64,000 bases of DNA from a bacterium (GCA_963674965.2 CAXXFL010000006.1:352001-416000), one strand, 5' to 3'. Positions 18,602 to 28,710 are shown, numbered from the stretch's first letter. The notes: a model not told the origin generated them from the sequence alone. A program made the numbers and translations.

Positions 18602-20305
18602 CTATGGCATGGTGGTTATGAACATTTTCCCGCTTGAGGAAAGGAGAAAAAGTTGTCTATTAATGTCATCAAATATGAACTGCTTGATATTATCAGGAAG
18701 GTATGCCAGGAATTCAATATTCAATGGCTTCTTTTTACTATCGATTTTAATAAGTAAGTTCCTTCCTCCTGCATTGATTGCATCCTGGCAAACGATGTAC
18801 GTTGATTGATCATATTGGTAGAAATACAATATGGGAGACCTTGGTAATCTCAATTGGGCTTTCTCCATAATTGATTTAAAGAGGTTGTCCATTTCATCAG
18901 GGTCATAGGTGATAAATTTTTCGAGAGATTTTGAAGGTACGATAATTTTCGCTCCTGGCATATTATCATTATTGCTTGCAAGAAATATTGGTTGATTTGT
19001 GCGAAATATTCGAGGACTGAAAGTCTTCGATGAATACCATGTCTCAGGCTTAAGGTGAGAGATAAAATCGACATTGCTGAAGTGAAACACGTTATCAGTC
19101 TCTAGTTGTAAGGAGTGGGAGGGCGATTCACTACAGATAATTCCATCAGGTTCAATCCTGCATCGGCGAAGAAACAAAGTTGTGCTTCCCGTCGAATGAT
19201 CATTGTTGCGTTCTACTATCCAAAAGGCGTTAGTGGAATCCTCCCCAAGGAATATAATGCTATCTTGGCAACTATAAGCTTCATGCCCCACGCATTCCGT
19301 GCTTGTGTAGTCAACGACGTTACTGGTAACGCGCTTCCGGTCGGTAGATATTAACGACATTTCATTGACGAACTGCAATGTTCCCGTGCTGCTCGGTCCC
19401 ACCTTTCTAGTTCTAATAAAAAGGATTCCTCTATCCAGTTCATACCATTGGAAAGGACCTAGGCTTCCGTCAATTTCGATATCAATGACATCATCTCCAA
19501 TTATGAAACTATCGTCTTCAATATCGTAAAAATCGCTTTGAACTCCATATTGAGACGAATGGTCAAGCGGAACATATAAAAGTTTGTCCGATGATCTTGA
19601 ATGCAAAGTCATTACATCTTCATCGAAAACGAGTTTGAGAGGATATATTTTAAATTTAAATACATCGCCAATCCTGCGACCGGTCTGTACATCGACCGTA
19701 TAATATTTGCCAGTTAATTGAGTATGAGCTAACCTTTGTTTGTTCTCGCTTATAAGTAAAAAATTCTTTGTGAAGAAAACAGAATTCACTTTCTCAATTG
19801 GCAATCCAATAGGGTAAATATTCAATGTATCTAAGGTCATTTGTGGAGGAGGTATTCCTCTTATTCTGTCCGGTTTGTCATTGTCAGTTGGTGGATCGGT
19901 TGGAACTTCAATATTTGCCGTAGAAGCATCATTTGTTTCCCTGTCTTGATAGGCTACATCGGTTCCATCACTGCCATTACAATTGGGTAATACAAAAAAG
20001 TTCAAAAATGAAGAGCCGATTGCCAGATATAGCACCACTGAAGATATTTTTAACGATACGCCAGCCTTAGCTTTCCCCCATGGCCAGAGAAGCAGAGCAA
20101 TAAACGAGGGTATTTTATTAAGGATGGATTTTACTGTAATTTCTGATTTGAGTTGAATGGAATTACGCCTTTCCTCTTCTAGCAGTTCCTCCAGGACTAT
20201 TTCCGAATGCTTCTTCGAGGAAGGTGTGTCGTGATCTCCATCAGCCGGTTGACCAAGCTTTAGCTCTTTATCATTATCACCATTATTATTGTTATCACCT
20301 GACAT
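18602..20305 (-). CDS. Hypothetical membrane-anchored protein with a large beta-rich domain
   Basis: 567 aa ORF; hydrophobic segments near residues 65-105, Pro/Asp-rich linker; GGAGG RBS inside the end of the upstream gene. Confidence 0.75.
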   Translation of the reverse strand: MSGDNNNNGDNDKELKLGQPADGDHDTPSSKKHSEIVLEELLEEERRNSIQLKSEITVKSILNKIPSFIALLLWPWGKAKAGVSLKISSVVLYLAIGSSFLNFFVLPNCNGSDGTDVAYQDRETNDASTANIEVPTDPPTDNDKPDRIRGIPPPQMTLDTLNIYPIGLPIEKVNSVFFTKNFLLISENKQRLAHTQLTGKYYTVDVQTGRRIGDVFKFKIYPLKLVFDEDVMTLHSRSSDKLLYVPLDHSSQYGVQSDFYDIEDDSFIIGDDVIDIEIDGSLGPFQWYELDRGILFIRTRKVGPSSTGTLQFVNEMSLISTDRKRVTSNVVDYTSTECVGHEAYSCQDSIIFLGEDSTNAFWIVERNNDHSTGSTTLFLRRCRIEPDGIICSESPSHSLQLETDNVFHFSNVDFISHLKPETWYSSKTFSPRIFRTNQPIFLASNNDNMPGAKIIVPSKSLEKFITYDPDEMDNLFKSIMEKAQLRLPRSPILYFYQYDQSTYIVCQDAINAGGRNLLIKIDSKKKPLNIEFLAYLPDNIKQFIFDDINRQLFLLSSSGKMFITTMP

Positions 20306-20306
20306 A

Positions 20307-21557
20307 TCAGGCCACCTCCATTGTTAAGAGATGTTCGATACTAGTTACAGATTTATCGGTTGTCTCGGAAATGATGGCTCTTTTGGGTGCTGAAAAGTGA
20401 CGGTTGGACTTATTATACACACGAGTAATAAAAGCTAAATCAACAATATCAGTAGTGTCAGATCCAATAGATAGCTCAATGCGTTCCACATAACCAATTT
20501 TATCGCTATCGAACTCACTGAATGAAGAACGATCTCGATGAGCGACAAGCGATTTAAGGTAATTGGCTTCAACCGTTTGACAAAAAGCAAAATTACTAAA
20601 TAGAGGAGATTTTGCCATCAGCTTTTCACTTTCAATTTTCGTGAAAATGTAAAAGAAGTACTCGTCAAGATCGGGCCGATCTTGCCAATCCTTCCTGGTG
20701 AGTTTTGCGTCCCAGCGAAACCAGTCAGCTGATTCCACATCGGTCTCGGGGTATTCGCTCGATAAAATTCTATCGATCTTTCGGATAATGTACTCGGAAT
20801 TGAGGTATAAAGTCCTCCAAATGACATATTCACCAAAAAGGGCGGGTAGTGAATTTTTGACGTGTTGTTCTAGAAGGTCCATCCAATTATTACCACTGAA
20901 ATGATATAGATATTGAGAATTAAATTTATTAATAGCAGTTTTTAGGTGGCTTGTTGTGAGCACTTTATCAGTAGAGATTTGTTCAAAAATTAAGTAGAGG
21001 ATTGACTTAAGTAATGTTTGACAAAATTCATCAACATCTAACTTTTCTGAAATTTCGTCACTTTCTATTGATCTTTTCACGGTCTCATTGAAAATCAATG
21101 ATACTTTACTAAAATTGATCTTCGTGGCCGGAATGTATTCCGAGGTAAATACCCAAACTGGGTCTGTATGGACCTCATCCCAGGTTCTGGTAATTAAGTG
21201 AGTGTATAGATACTGAATAAACAACCTAAAACCCAGATAAGCGCCGCCGCGGTTCTGGGTGCTGTCTTCGGCGATAAGCATCAAGCGTTTTTCAATTTCC
21301 CCTATAACCATTGTGCGTAAACTGCTTTTTACATTCAGTTCATGCTTCTTTGCAATATGGTAGGTTATGTCCCTATACTCATCGTCTTTCCCTGAACGAA
21401 AATCCACTGATGGACGATCAAGGTATATGTCCCCCATCTTTATAATTCGACTTAAAGCTGCATCAATGTCGGGACCAGTTATTTGCTCCCCAAGCCTCCT
21501 TGAATCCAGATGTTCATGTAACAATTCAGAAAATAATGGGAAATTGCTGATTTCCAT
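20307..21557 (-). CDS. Hypothetical protein
   Basis: Long AT-rich ORF (ATG 21557; TTG 21611 possible); stop 1 nt before the next ATG; no motif recognised. Confidence 0.75.
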   Translation of the reverse strand: MEISNFPLFSELLHEHLDSRRLGEQITGPDIDAALSRIIKMGDIYLDRPSVDFRSGKDDEYRDITYHIAKKHELNVKSSLRTMVIGEIEKRLMLIAEDSTQNRGGAYLGFRLFIQYLYTHLITRTWDEVHTDPVWVFTSEYIPATKINFSKVSLIFNETVKRSIESDEISEKLDVDEFCQTLLKSILYLIFEQISTDKVLTTSHLKTAINKFNSQYLYHFSGNNWMDLLEQHVKNSLPALFGEYVIWRTLYLNSEYIIRKIDRILSSEYPETDVESADWFRWDAKLTRKDWQDRPDLDEYFFYIFTKIESEKLMAKSPLFSNFAFCQTVEANYLKSLVAHRDRSSFSEFDSDKIGYVERIELSIGSDTTDIVDLAFITRVYNKSNRHFSAPKRAIISETTDKSVTSIEHLLTMEVA

Positions 21558-21642
21558 ATGCCTTGGCCCTCTTCTAATCACTACATTATCATAAGCGAAA
21601 TTAAATGTCAATAAAATATTTTAGATATATTCTATTTTTTTC

Positions 21643-21671
21643 TTGACAAACCAAACTGCGCATGCTACCTT
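21643..21671 (+). promoter_or_regulatory. Putative sigma70 promoter for the SprT-like gene
   Basis: TTGACA-17 bp-TACCTT with extended -10 TG. Confidence 0.55.
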
Positions 21672-21775
21672 AGTGAGCGGTATTAAATTTCGATTAATGA
21701 CGCGCCAGATGCGCTGCTGGCAAATATTACAAAAAGTAATTATTTACTAGTTGTTTACCGTGACAGGACGGAAAA

Positions 21776-22426
21776 ATGGCCGAAAATGACAGAAATGAAA
21801 AGATAAACACTCATCTGCGAGATCACCTCGATTCGATCCACGATTGGCATTATCAAGAAATATCAGGTTTTCTGCATAGTTGGGCTGCCCGCTTCAATGA
21901 GCGTTTTGCCTTGGATATCCCCACTCCTGCGATCAGGCTCACCTGTCTACAGCGCCGAGCCTACGGAACCTACCTTAGGGGGAGGAACGGTTTTGGCCTC
22001 AGGTATGAGATTACCATCAACACCAAATATCTGCGGCGGCCCTTGGCAGAGCACCTTGATACCCTTCTTCACGAGCAGATCCACATGTGGCAGGAAATCC
22101 ATGGTAAACCGGGAAAACATGGGTATCACACTAAGCAGTTTCGGGAAAAAGCTGCGTCGTTCGGTCTTATAGTAAATGAGCGGGGAGAGGGTCTCGGTGT
22201 AGTTCCTGGTCCATTTTTGGACCTCTTGGCTGAGTACGGTGTGGATACCACAGAGATAAAGTACTACAACGCCTGCGAGGTGGATCCTGGTCAGGCACGG
22301 ATGAGGGGGCAGTCCAAGATGAAAAAATGGTCCTGTGGCTGCACCAACGTGCGCGCGGCCGTGGATGTCAACGCCAGATGCTTAAGTTGCGGCAACGAGT
22401 TCAGGAGAGCGGAGCCTCTGTGGTAA
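21776..22426 (+). CDS. SprT-like zinc metalloprotease
   Basis: TLLHEQIH (HExxH), HGYH...F, C-terminal CGC...CLSCG. Confidence 0.85.
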   Translation: MAENDRNEKINTHLRDHLDSIHDWHYQEISGFLHSWAARFNERFALDIPTPAIRLTCLQRRAYGTYLRGRNGFGLRYEITINTKYLRRPLAEHLDTLLHEQIHMWQEIHGKPGKHGYHTKQFREKAASFGLIVNERGEGLGVVPGPFLDLLAEYGVDTTEIKYYNACEVDPGQARMRGQSKMKKWSCGCTNVRAAVDVNARCLSCGNEFRRAEPLW

Positions 22427-22554
22427 CCACAGAGGTTTTTTAGTTTAAACCATAAAAATTTTGTCAGATGACATCTTGTGTGATGGGGGAAGCAGGCTAT
22501 TTGATGAAACGAACAAAAATAAATAGGAATACTATCCGGGTAAAGGTGAATTAG

Positions 22555-22728
22555 ATGGATGTACTGAATCAGATTGTTCAGCCGTTTCTTCTACTAATAA
22601 TTCTCGGCCTGGCTATCGCGGTAATGTTGACCGGGACCGGGTCGGCAATCACGAAGAAATTCCTGCTTTGGATAATTTTGTTTGTATCGTTTATCTGGGC
22701 ATGCATGATTTGTATCGCTCGTCTTTAG
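22555..22728 (+). CDS. 57-aa two-TM membrane protein (not in the ORF track)
   Basis: MDVLNQIVQPFLLLIILGLAIAVMLTGTGSAITKKFLLWIILFVSFIWACMICIARL*; AAGGTG RBS; 10 nt before the next ORF. Confidence 0.65.
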   Translation: MDVLNQIVQPFLLLIILGLAIAVMLTGTGSAITKKFLLWIILFVSFIWACMICIARL

Positions 22729-22738
22729 AAGGGTAAGC

Positions 22739-22996
22739 ATGGATAATTTGATGGTCTCAATCTTATTTTTCATTGTGCTCTATTTCTTCACACAGAGCAT
22801 GCTTGCCTCAATTCATCCCAAAGCACCCAGGACAATTAATAAGATAATGAGCTTGGCCTTGAAACTGACAGTGATATGGCCAGCCAAGGCCATGATCGCC
22901 GGCTTGAAAAATTTCATTTCGCCACCTTATGACCAAGTACACCAGGAACCACCGCCTCGGCTTAATGCCCGCGGAGGCCAAGGTGATAGGAAGTAA
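22739..22996 (+). CDS. Small membrane protein
   Basis: 85 aa, hydrophobic N-terminus, operon spacing. Confidence 0.6.
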   Translation: MDNLMVSILFFIVLYFFTQSMLASIHPKAPRTINKIMSLALKLTVIWPAKAMIAGLKNFISPPYDQVHQEPPPRLNARGGQGDRK

Positions 22997-23012
22997 GGAC
23001 AGGGGTTTCATA

Positions 23013-23519
23013 ATGGGCATTCGGGTTTCAAATTGGAGAACTTACGTAGAAGGCATTAATGCCACGCCACAAACTCTGTTCGAGGACATCGCTGAGGAAC
23101 TCGAAGCTCGTGATATAGCAGGGTTGCATATAAATAGGACAGTTCATAAAGAAGGCGGACTTTTTTCACGGCAAAGATGGTATTTGGTTGTACAGCGCCA
23201 GGAATATCTCTTCCGAATCTCTGCATTGCCGTTCTCACGCGGCATCATCCTGAGTTGGTTTTTAGAAGAGCGCCTTTCCTTGTTCTGGAGGTTTGCCTTC
23301 GTCGTTCCCGCTATCGGCAAATTGTTAATAAGAATGTTTCGACCGGATTCATTCGCAAGGATTGATCGCGCCTGGGCTTTCCAAAGCCTGGTTCATGGCG
23401 TTGTCCTCGATGTCATTGACGAACATTGCCATGTGAGCGGCGTAAGGGATCAGTTGATGGATGATGATAGCCCACTCCTAGCTGACTTCCACGGGAGAGC
23501 ATTACCCAATGGGCAGTGA
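23013..23519 (+). CDS. Hypothetical protein with one hydrophobic segment
   Basis: ATG 23013 after AGGGG; overlaps the start of the ATPase gene. Confidence 0.65.
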   Translation: MGIRVSNWRTYVEGINATPQTLFEDIAEELEARDIAGLHINRTVHKEGGLFSRQRWYLVVQRQEYLFRISALPFSRGIILSWFLEERLSLFWRFAFVVPAIGKLLIRMFRPDSFARIDRAWAFQSLVHGVVLDVIDEHCHVSGVRDQLMDDDSPLLADFHGRALPNGQ

Positions 23520-26500
23520 CAAGAAGCAGCGCAAAGATACAAAGGGCCGTCCCTCAAAGGCTGCTCAGAATTTTTATTTGTGGGAGGTCCGGGGCCGAGG
23601 CTATGATGTCTTCCCTCGACCTGTGTCACTTGAACCCCCGTTTATGGAATTCTCCCATCGCCGCGATATCGAAAGGCCCATTGATGACGGCATTAAAAAA
23701 TCAGTCCCAGGCTCTGTCATAAAGAGACTCATGGGCTTGAAGAAATCACGGCCATCTCGTGCCGGGGTTTGTGCTGAAACGAACTGTCCAGAGGCCGCAG
23801 AACCCAATTCCAAGTCCGGCCTCGCCACGGAGCAAGATGTCGTCGAAGTCAACCTTGTGCTTCCACCGGACAGGAAGGTAACCCAGGACAACGCCGAACA
23901 GTTCATTCTGAACACAGCAAGTTATAACAACCCCGTAGGATTTGAAATCTACGGGACCGATTCAATTGAGGTTAGGTTTGCCTGCAATAGAAGCGATTCC
24001 GAGCATGTCCAGCAACAGGCTTCCGCTTTTTTCCCAAACGCCATAAGAGAAGTAAGAGACCGTAGTCTCGCTCTGGATTTGTCGCGGCCCACGGTCATTA
24101 TTGACTTCGGCTTGGGCAACGAGTTCATGCTTCCATTCAGAACTGCCAAAACTTTTGAGCCTGTGGACACCCTGACCGGCGTTATCGGATGCATGGAAAG
24201 CCTCGCCAAGGGTGAGAAGGCGTTATTGCAGATTCTCTATCAACCGGTACGGAATCCTTGGGCGGCCAACATCATGAGTGCGGTCCTGAATAATGAAGGA
24301 AAGCCGTTCCTGGCCGATATGCCGGAATCGGTTTCCTTGGCACGAGAAAAAATACAAAGCCCTCTTCTCGCCGTCCGCATCCGAGCGCTCGGCCAAAGTG
24401 ATACAGAGCAGGGGGCCTGGCGGATTGTAAAAGCACTTGGCGGAGCCTTAAGGGTTGTGGCCAACGGCCATAATGAATTGGTTGCCTTGCATAACGAAAA
24501 ATATGACGACCTGAAACACGTTCATGATGTACTTCGCTTAACCACTCATCGCCCTGGAATGATCTTGAATAGCCGCGAGACCGCAACTATAGTCCACCCG
24601 CCTTCGTCGGCAGTCAAATCGGAAAAGCTTTGGCAACACTTCAAGAAAATGAAGAAGGCCCCGGAACTCGCTCTCTATCAACTTTTCAAGATCGGTGAGA
24701 ACGATTTCTTTGGCAAGAGGTATGTTGCCACACTCAGCCCTCACCAATTATTGAAACATTGTTTCATCAGTGGCGTTACGGGCAGCGGCAAAACGACCAC
24801 CTTGATCTACATCATGAAGCAAATTATGGAACAGGGTTGCGGGCTCATGTTCACCGACCCGCACGGCGACGCCGCCGACCAGCTTCTCTGCTACGTGCCC
24901 GAAAGCCGATACCAGGACGTTATCTATTTCGATCTTTCCGACGTGGAATTTCCGCTTGGCATCGACCTTTTTCATGCGCGAACAGAACTTGAAAGGTCCT
25001 TACTCAAGACCGACTTGACCGCAATTCTGCGCAGGTCGAGCACGTCCTGGGGAGACCAAATGAGCGGGGTTTCAGACAACGCTTTCGGAGCAGGGATAGA
25101 AAATGAAAGACCGTACACGATATTGCATATGCCTCGTTTTCTCAGCGACCTTGATTTTAGGCGCAAGGTACTTGAGACAGCAACAGACCCGCAGGTTAAG
25201 CACTACTGGGAGAAAGTATATCCTTTGTTAATAGGCCGCTCATTGGCCCCAATTCTGACGAGACTCGGTTCGCTCTTACGTTCACGTGCGATAAGAAATA
25301 TCTTTGCACAGAAAAATGGACTGGACTTCGAGGATATATTAGAGACCGGGAAGATTCTCATTATCAAAACACCATTCGGTTTGATCGGGCTGAATGACGC
25401 ACTCACCTTCTGCGCCATCCTTCTCGCAAAAATGGAGCAATACATCTGGGCTCGCCATATGAAGGGTGTGGAACAAAGGAATCACTTCTTCCTAGCGATC
25501 GATGAGGTGGGCAGTCTCATTACACCGTCTATCTCTTCGATGCTTTCGTCCACTAGAAAATTTGGTGTAGGGCTCCTGCTTTCTGGCGCGGATTTACTTG
25601 ACTCCTCTGAACAGGACAGGAATTTTTCAAACGCTATAATTACCCATCCCAGCACCTATATCTTTCATCGGCAAGGAAATCGCGACGCCCGCAAATTGGC
25701 TGAAAAGCTCTCCTACTTCAACGCCGACGACCTGCAATCATTAACAGTTGGGGATGCAGTTATGGCCGTAGAGGGAAGATTGAACGATTTCAACATCCAC
25801 GTTTTTTCTCCCCCACGAATTGATCCCGACACCTTGCAGGCCAAGCGCAACTTCTTTCTCCAATCGACGCGGGAACGCTATGGCACGCCACGCGAAAAAG
25901 TGGAAGCTGAACTAGAAAGAGACAAGGTATGGTGTGTGGGAAAGCCAGATCCAGATCCTAAAAAGAAGTCAACCCCCCAAAAAAAGAGTCCAGACCAGCC
26001 CCCAAAAAAGATCACGCCCCAGCAGAAGGTTGCGGATGTCAAGCCTCTTGCGCTTCTTGATTCCGACCGAAAACTTGAGGTCACCGAGGGTAAGGGAGGG
26101 TTCCAACACCGATATTTACAAAATTTCATAAAATCTCTCGCCGAGGACCATGGGTACTTGACAGTCCTTGAAGAGCCAACTTCCGACGGCGGCAGCGTTG
26201 ATGTCGGCCTTAGAAAAGGTGAGCAAAGGATCGCCGTGGAGATATCGATCACCACTCCCGCCCAACACGAATATCAGAACATATGTAAATGCCTAAAAGA
26301 AGGTTACGAAAAAGTGTTTCTTTGCTCCTCCAATGAGCGAACTTTAAACGGAGTTCAGACATTGATCGAAAAAGAGCTAAACACCACCGACAAGGAGAAG
26401 ATTCTACTATTCAAGCCTGAGGATCTTATTCAATATTTCCAGGAAGGCCTGGAAAATAAGGCAGACGATACACAGAGGGTGAAGGGATACAAGGTCAAGA

Positions 26501-26589
26501 TAGAACGACAAGACTCGCCGGAGGAGAAGGAAACTCAGAATAAAAAAAACAACGACTTTGCGCATCAAAACGAGGATAGAGAGGAGTGA
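23509..26589 (+). CDS. VirD4/TraD/TrwB-like (HerA-FtsK superfamily) ATPase with C-terminal restriction-endonuclease-like domain
   Basis: Walker A GVTGSGKT, DPHGD, Walker B LAIDEV, TRKFGVGL; Pro/Lys linker, then H...EE...VDVG...IAVEIS. Confidence 0.8.
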   Translation: MGSDKKQRKDTKGRPSKAAQNFYLWEVRGRGYDVFPRPVSLEPPFMEFSHRRDIERPIDDGIKKSVPGSVIKRLMGLKKSRPSRAGVCAETNCPEAAEPNSKSGLATEQDVVEVNLVLPPDRKVTQDNAEQFILNTASYNNPVGFEIYGTDSIEVRFACNRSDSEHVQQQASAFFPNAIREVRDRSLALDLSRPTVIIDFGLGNEFMLPFRTAKTFEPVDTLTGVIGCMESLAKGEKALLQILYQPVRNPWAANIMSAVLNNEGKPFLADMPESVSLAREKIQSPLLAVRIRALGQSDTEQGAWRIVKALGGALRVVANGHNELVALHNEKYDDLKHVHDVLRLTTHRPGMILNSRETATIVHPPSSAVKSEKLWQHFKKMKKAPELALYQLFKIGENDFFGKRYVATLSPHQLLKHCFISGVTGSGKTTTLIYIMKQIMEQGCGLMFTDPHGDAADQLLCYVPESRYQDVIYFDLSDVEFPLGIDLFHARTELERSLLKTDLTAILRRSSTSWGDQMSGVSDNAFGAGIENERPYTILHMPRFLSDLDFRRKVLETATDPQVKHYWEKVYPLLIGRSLAPILTRLGSLLRSRAIRNIFAQKNGLDFEDILETGKILIIKTPFGLIGLNDALTFCAILLAKMEQYIWARHMKGVEQRNHFFLAIDEVGSLITPSISSMLSSTRKFGVGLLLSGADLLDSSEQDRNFSNAIITHPSTYIFHRQGNRDARKLAEKLSYFNADDLQSLTVGDAVMAVEGRLNDFNIHVFSPPRIDPDTLQAKRNFFLQSTRERYGTPREKVEAELERDKVWCVGKPDPDPKKKSTPQKKSPDQPPKKITPQQKVADVKPLALLDSDRKLEVTEGKGGFQHRYLQNFIKSLAEDHGYLTVLEEPTSDGGSVDVGLRKGEQRIAVEISITTPAQHEYQNICKCLKEGYEKVFLCSSNERTLNGVQTLIEKELNTTDKEKILLFKPEDLIQYFQEGLENKADDTQRVKGYKVKIERQDSPEEKETQNKKNNDFAHQNEDREE

Positions 26590-26708
26590 TCATGGGTTGG
26601 AGTCGAAGCAGGGGAAGGAGGTGATAGGCGTCAGAACGAGCATATCTGAATTCGGTGATGGTTTATTGGGAGCTAATTTGCTCAGAATACTTTAATTGGA
26701 GGATAAAA

Positions 26709-26957
26709 ATGACAAATGAAATATTGATGAATTGCCCTGATTGCAGGAATCAGTTGGAGCTTCTGGCGCGAGGGAAGCAAAAGCGCCTTTTTGGTTGCTC
26801 CCACTGTTCAAGCGATGGGGAAAATCCGACGCTGTGGTTCCAGCCGACAATAATGCTTAAAGCGCTTCGCAAGCTGGAACAAGGACCTCTTGTGGAGGTC
26901 ATCAACAGGCCAGGAGCGGGAACCGCTACTCCTGGCTTAAGTAAAAAGAGTGAGTGA
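26709..26957 (+). CDS. Small zinc-ribbon protein
   Basis: CPDC...CSHC; GGAGG RBS. Confidence 0.65.
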   Translation: MTNEILMNCPDCRNQLELLARGKQKRLFGCSHCSSDGENPTLWFQPTIMLKALRKLEQGPLVEVINRPGAGTATPGLSKKSE

Positions 26958-27703
26958 TTGTTATGAGTAATTATTACGATCTTTTCGATGTACTAACCGA
27001 AGAACTCGGCAACATGTATGCGCATATGAAGACGTACAATCCATATAAGGGATGCCGTTTTGACTGTGTCTATTGCAGGCCGTCGTTCCAGACACAGGCG
27101 AAGCGGCACAAGCGTAGATGCCTCGCATGTGGCAGGTTCGAGCCTCATGAGCATCCTGAAAGATTGGGCCGGTTTCCCAGTAAAAAGCTAATCTTCGTTT
27201 GCGGTAATGGCGACATCAGCTTCTGCGACCCTGCTTTTACTGAAAAAATTATTACCTCAATATGGAAGCATAACCTTCGATGCCCTGAAAAGGAATACTA
27301 TTTCCAAAGTAAAAGGCCTGAGTACTTTACTCCGTTCCTCGATCTCTTCCCGGCAAATGTGACGCTTGTCACCACCCTTGAAACTGATGATGACCAGGGC
27401 TACGAATATATCTCCAAAGCGCCTCCGCCAACAGAGCGCTACGCCCAATTCAAGGCTCTGGACTATCTCCGGAAAGTCGTGACCATTGAACCGGTGATGA
27501 AATTCAACGTCCACTCTTTTGCTGAAATGATAGTTGATCTGGAACCGGAGCACGTATGGTTCGGTTTCAATAGCCGACATAAAAGTGTGCAGATCCCTGA
27601 ACCGACGGAGCAGGAAATTTTCAACTTCCTAACCCTCCTTAAGGAGAATGGTATAGAACTTAGGGCCAAGAAGCTCAGGCCGGTTCCTTGCCAGTTGAAC
27701 TAG
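26954..27703 (+). CDS. Radical SAM-like protein (DUF5131/Gp37Gp68-like)
   Basis: YNPYKGCRFDCVYC (CxxxCxxC), QSKRP, TIEP. Confidence 0.75.
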   Translation: MIVMSNYYDLFDVLTEELGNMYAHMKTYNPYKGCRFDCVYCRPSFQTQAKRHKRRCLACGRFEPHEHPERLGRFPSKKLIFVCGNGDISFCDPAFTEKIITSIWKHNLRCPEKEYYFQSKRPEYFTPFLDLFPANVTLVTTLETDDDQGYEYISKAPPPTERYAQFKALDYLRKVVTIEPVMKFNVHSFAEMIVDLEPEHVWFGFNSRHKSVQIPEPTEQEIFNFLTLLKENGIELRAKKLRPVPCQLN

Positions 27704-27723
27704 ACAAAACAGGGTAAGGCAAG

Positions 27724-28263
27724 ATGGGTAGAAGCAATAAACAGCCGCCGATGCGGAATGGAGGCCTGGACGATTACCAGACACCTCCGGAAGCGCTCGT
27801 GCCTTTATTGCCCTACCTTAAGCGCAGATGGACAATATGGGAATGTGCCTGTGGTGAAAAAAACCTGGTTAATGAACTTCGAAAAAGAGGATACAAGGTC
27901 AGCGCCTCGGACAAGGAAAAGGACTTCCTTATAGCCCAGGATTCTGGCCGGTTCGACTGTATTATAACGAATCCGCCGTACTCCCTGAAAAACGAATTCC
28001 TTGAGAAGTGCTATGAACTCGGTAAGCCCTTCGCGCTATTACTTCCGCTGACAGCGTTGGAAGGGAAAAAACGGCAGGCCCAGTACAAGCGACACGGAAT
28101 TCAGTTGGTGCTGTTCAATCGGAGAATCAACTTCGAAACACCATCGGGAGAAGGTAATGGAAGCTGGTTCTCGACCGCGTGGTTTACCTGGGGTTTGAAC
28201 CTCCCCAGCGATTTGACGTTTGTTGAGTTCGATATTGAAAAATCAAATAACGGAAAGCAGTAA
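27724..28263 (+). CDS. Small phage-type N6-adenine DNA methyltransferase
   Basis: DDYQTP, WECACG (motif I), ITNPPYS (motif IV), RINF. Confidence 0.8.
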   Translation: MGRSNKQPPMRNGGLDDYQTPPEALVPLLPYLKRRWTIWECACGEKNLVNELRKRGYKVSASDKEKDFLIAQDSGRFDCIITNPPYSLKNEFLEKCYELGKPFALLLPLTALEGKKRQAQYKRHGIQLVLFNRRINFETPSGEGNGSWFSTAWFTWGLNLPSDLTFVEFDIEKSNNGKQ

Positions 28264-28317
28264 CGTCAAAGGTAATGTGGACGGTTCCGCCGGCCACTCG
28301 ACGAGGAGTAACAAGCA

Positions 28318-28626
28318 ATGAATAAAAAAGAAACAGAAATGGGGAAAGAAAGCATCGAGTCGGATGCTACCGGCATCGTGGCCGAACTCGGCGCGTTGGG
28401 CCCAGGGGCTTTAGTCTTCGAGTCCGGCCTTGCCCGGATGTTGGGACGACATCCCGTTTCAATTAAGAGGGCTGTGGAGCGCGGAGAGTTACCGCCTCCT
28501 GTTCGCCTACTTGGCCAATTGGTTTGGCTTGTTGAAACCATCATTGAGTTTTTAAGAATGCGTTTGGCGGAAGCAGCTAAGGAAGCCAAAAAGCGGGAAG
28601 AGATGGAAAAAGACCGGGAGCCATGA
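28318..28626 (+). CDS. Excisionase/AlpA-like HTH protein
   Basis: LARMLGRHPVSIKRAVERGELPPPVRLLGQLVW; close to the integrase. Confidence 0.7.
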   Translation: MNKKETEMGKESIESDATGIVAELGALGPGALVFESGLARMLGRHPVSIKRAVERGELPPPVRLLGQLVWLVETIIEFLRMRLAEAAKEAKKREEMEKDREP

Positions 28627-28644
28627 CAGGGAAAATCATAGTGT

Positions 28645-28673
28645 TAGACTTTTGCGCACGCTATAAGTATAAT
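28645..28673 (+). promoter_or_regulatory. Putative sigma70 promoter for the RHH-integrase pair
   Basis: TAGACT-17 bp-TATAAT. Confidence 0.6.
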
Positions 28674-28710
28674 TGTGGATGCTTTGTCTACGAAGATCAA
28701 GAACTCCGTG

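Noticed and set aside
14000..28700. Prophage
   Set aside because: Phage-like DNA metabolism genes are present but no terminase, portal, capsid, tail or lysis genes.
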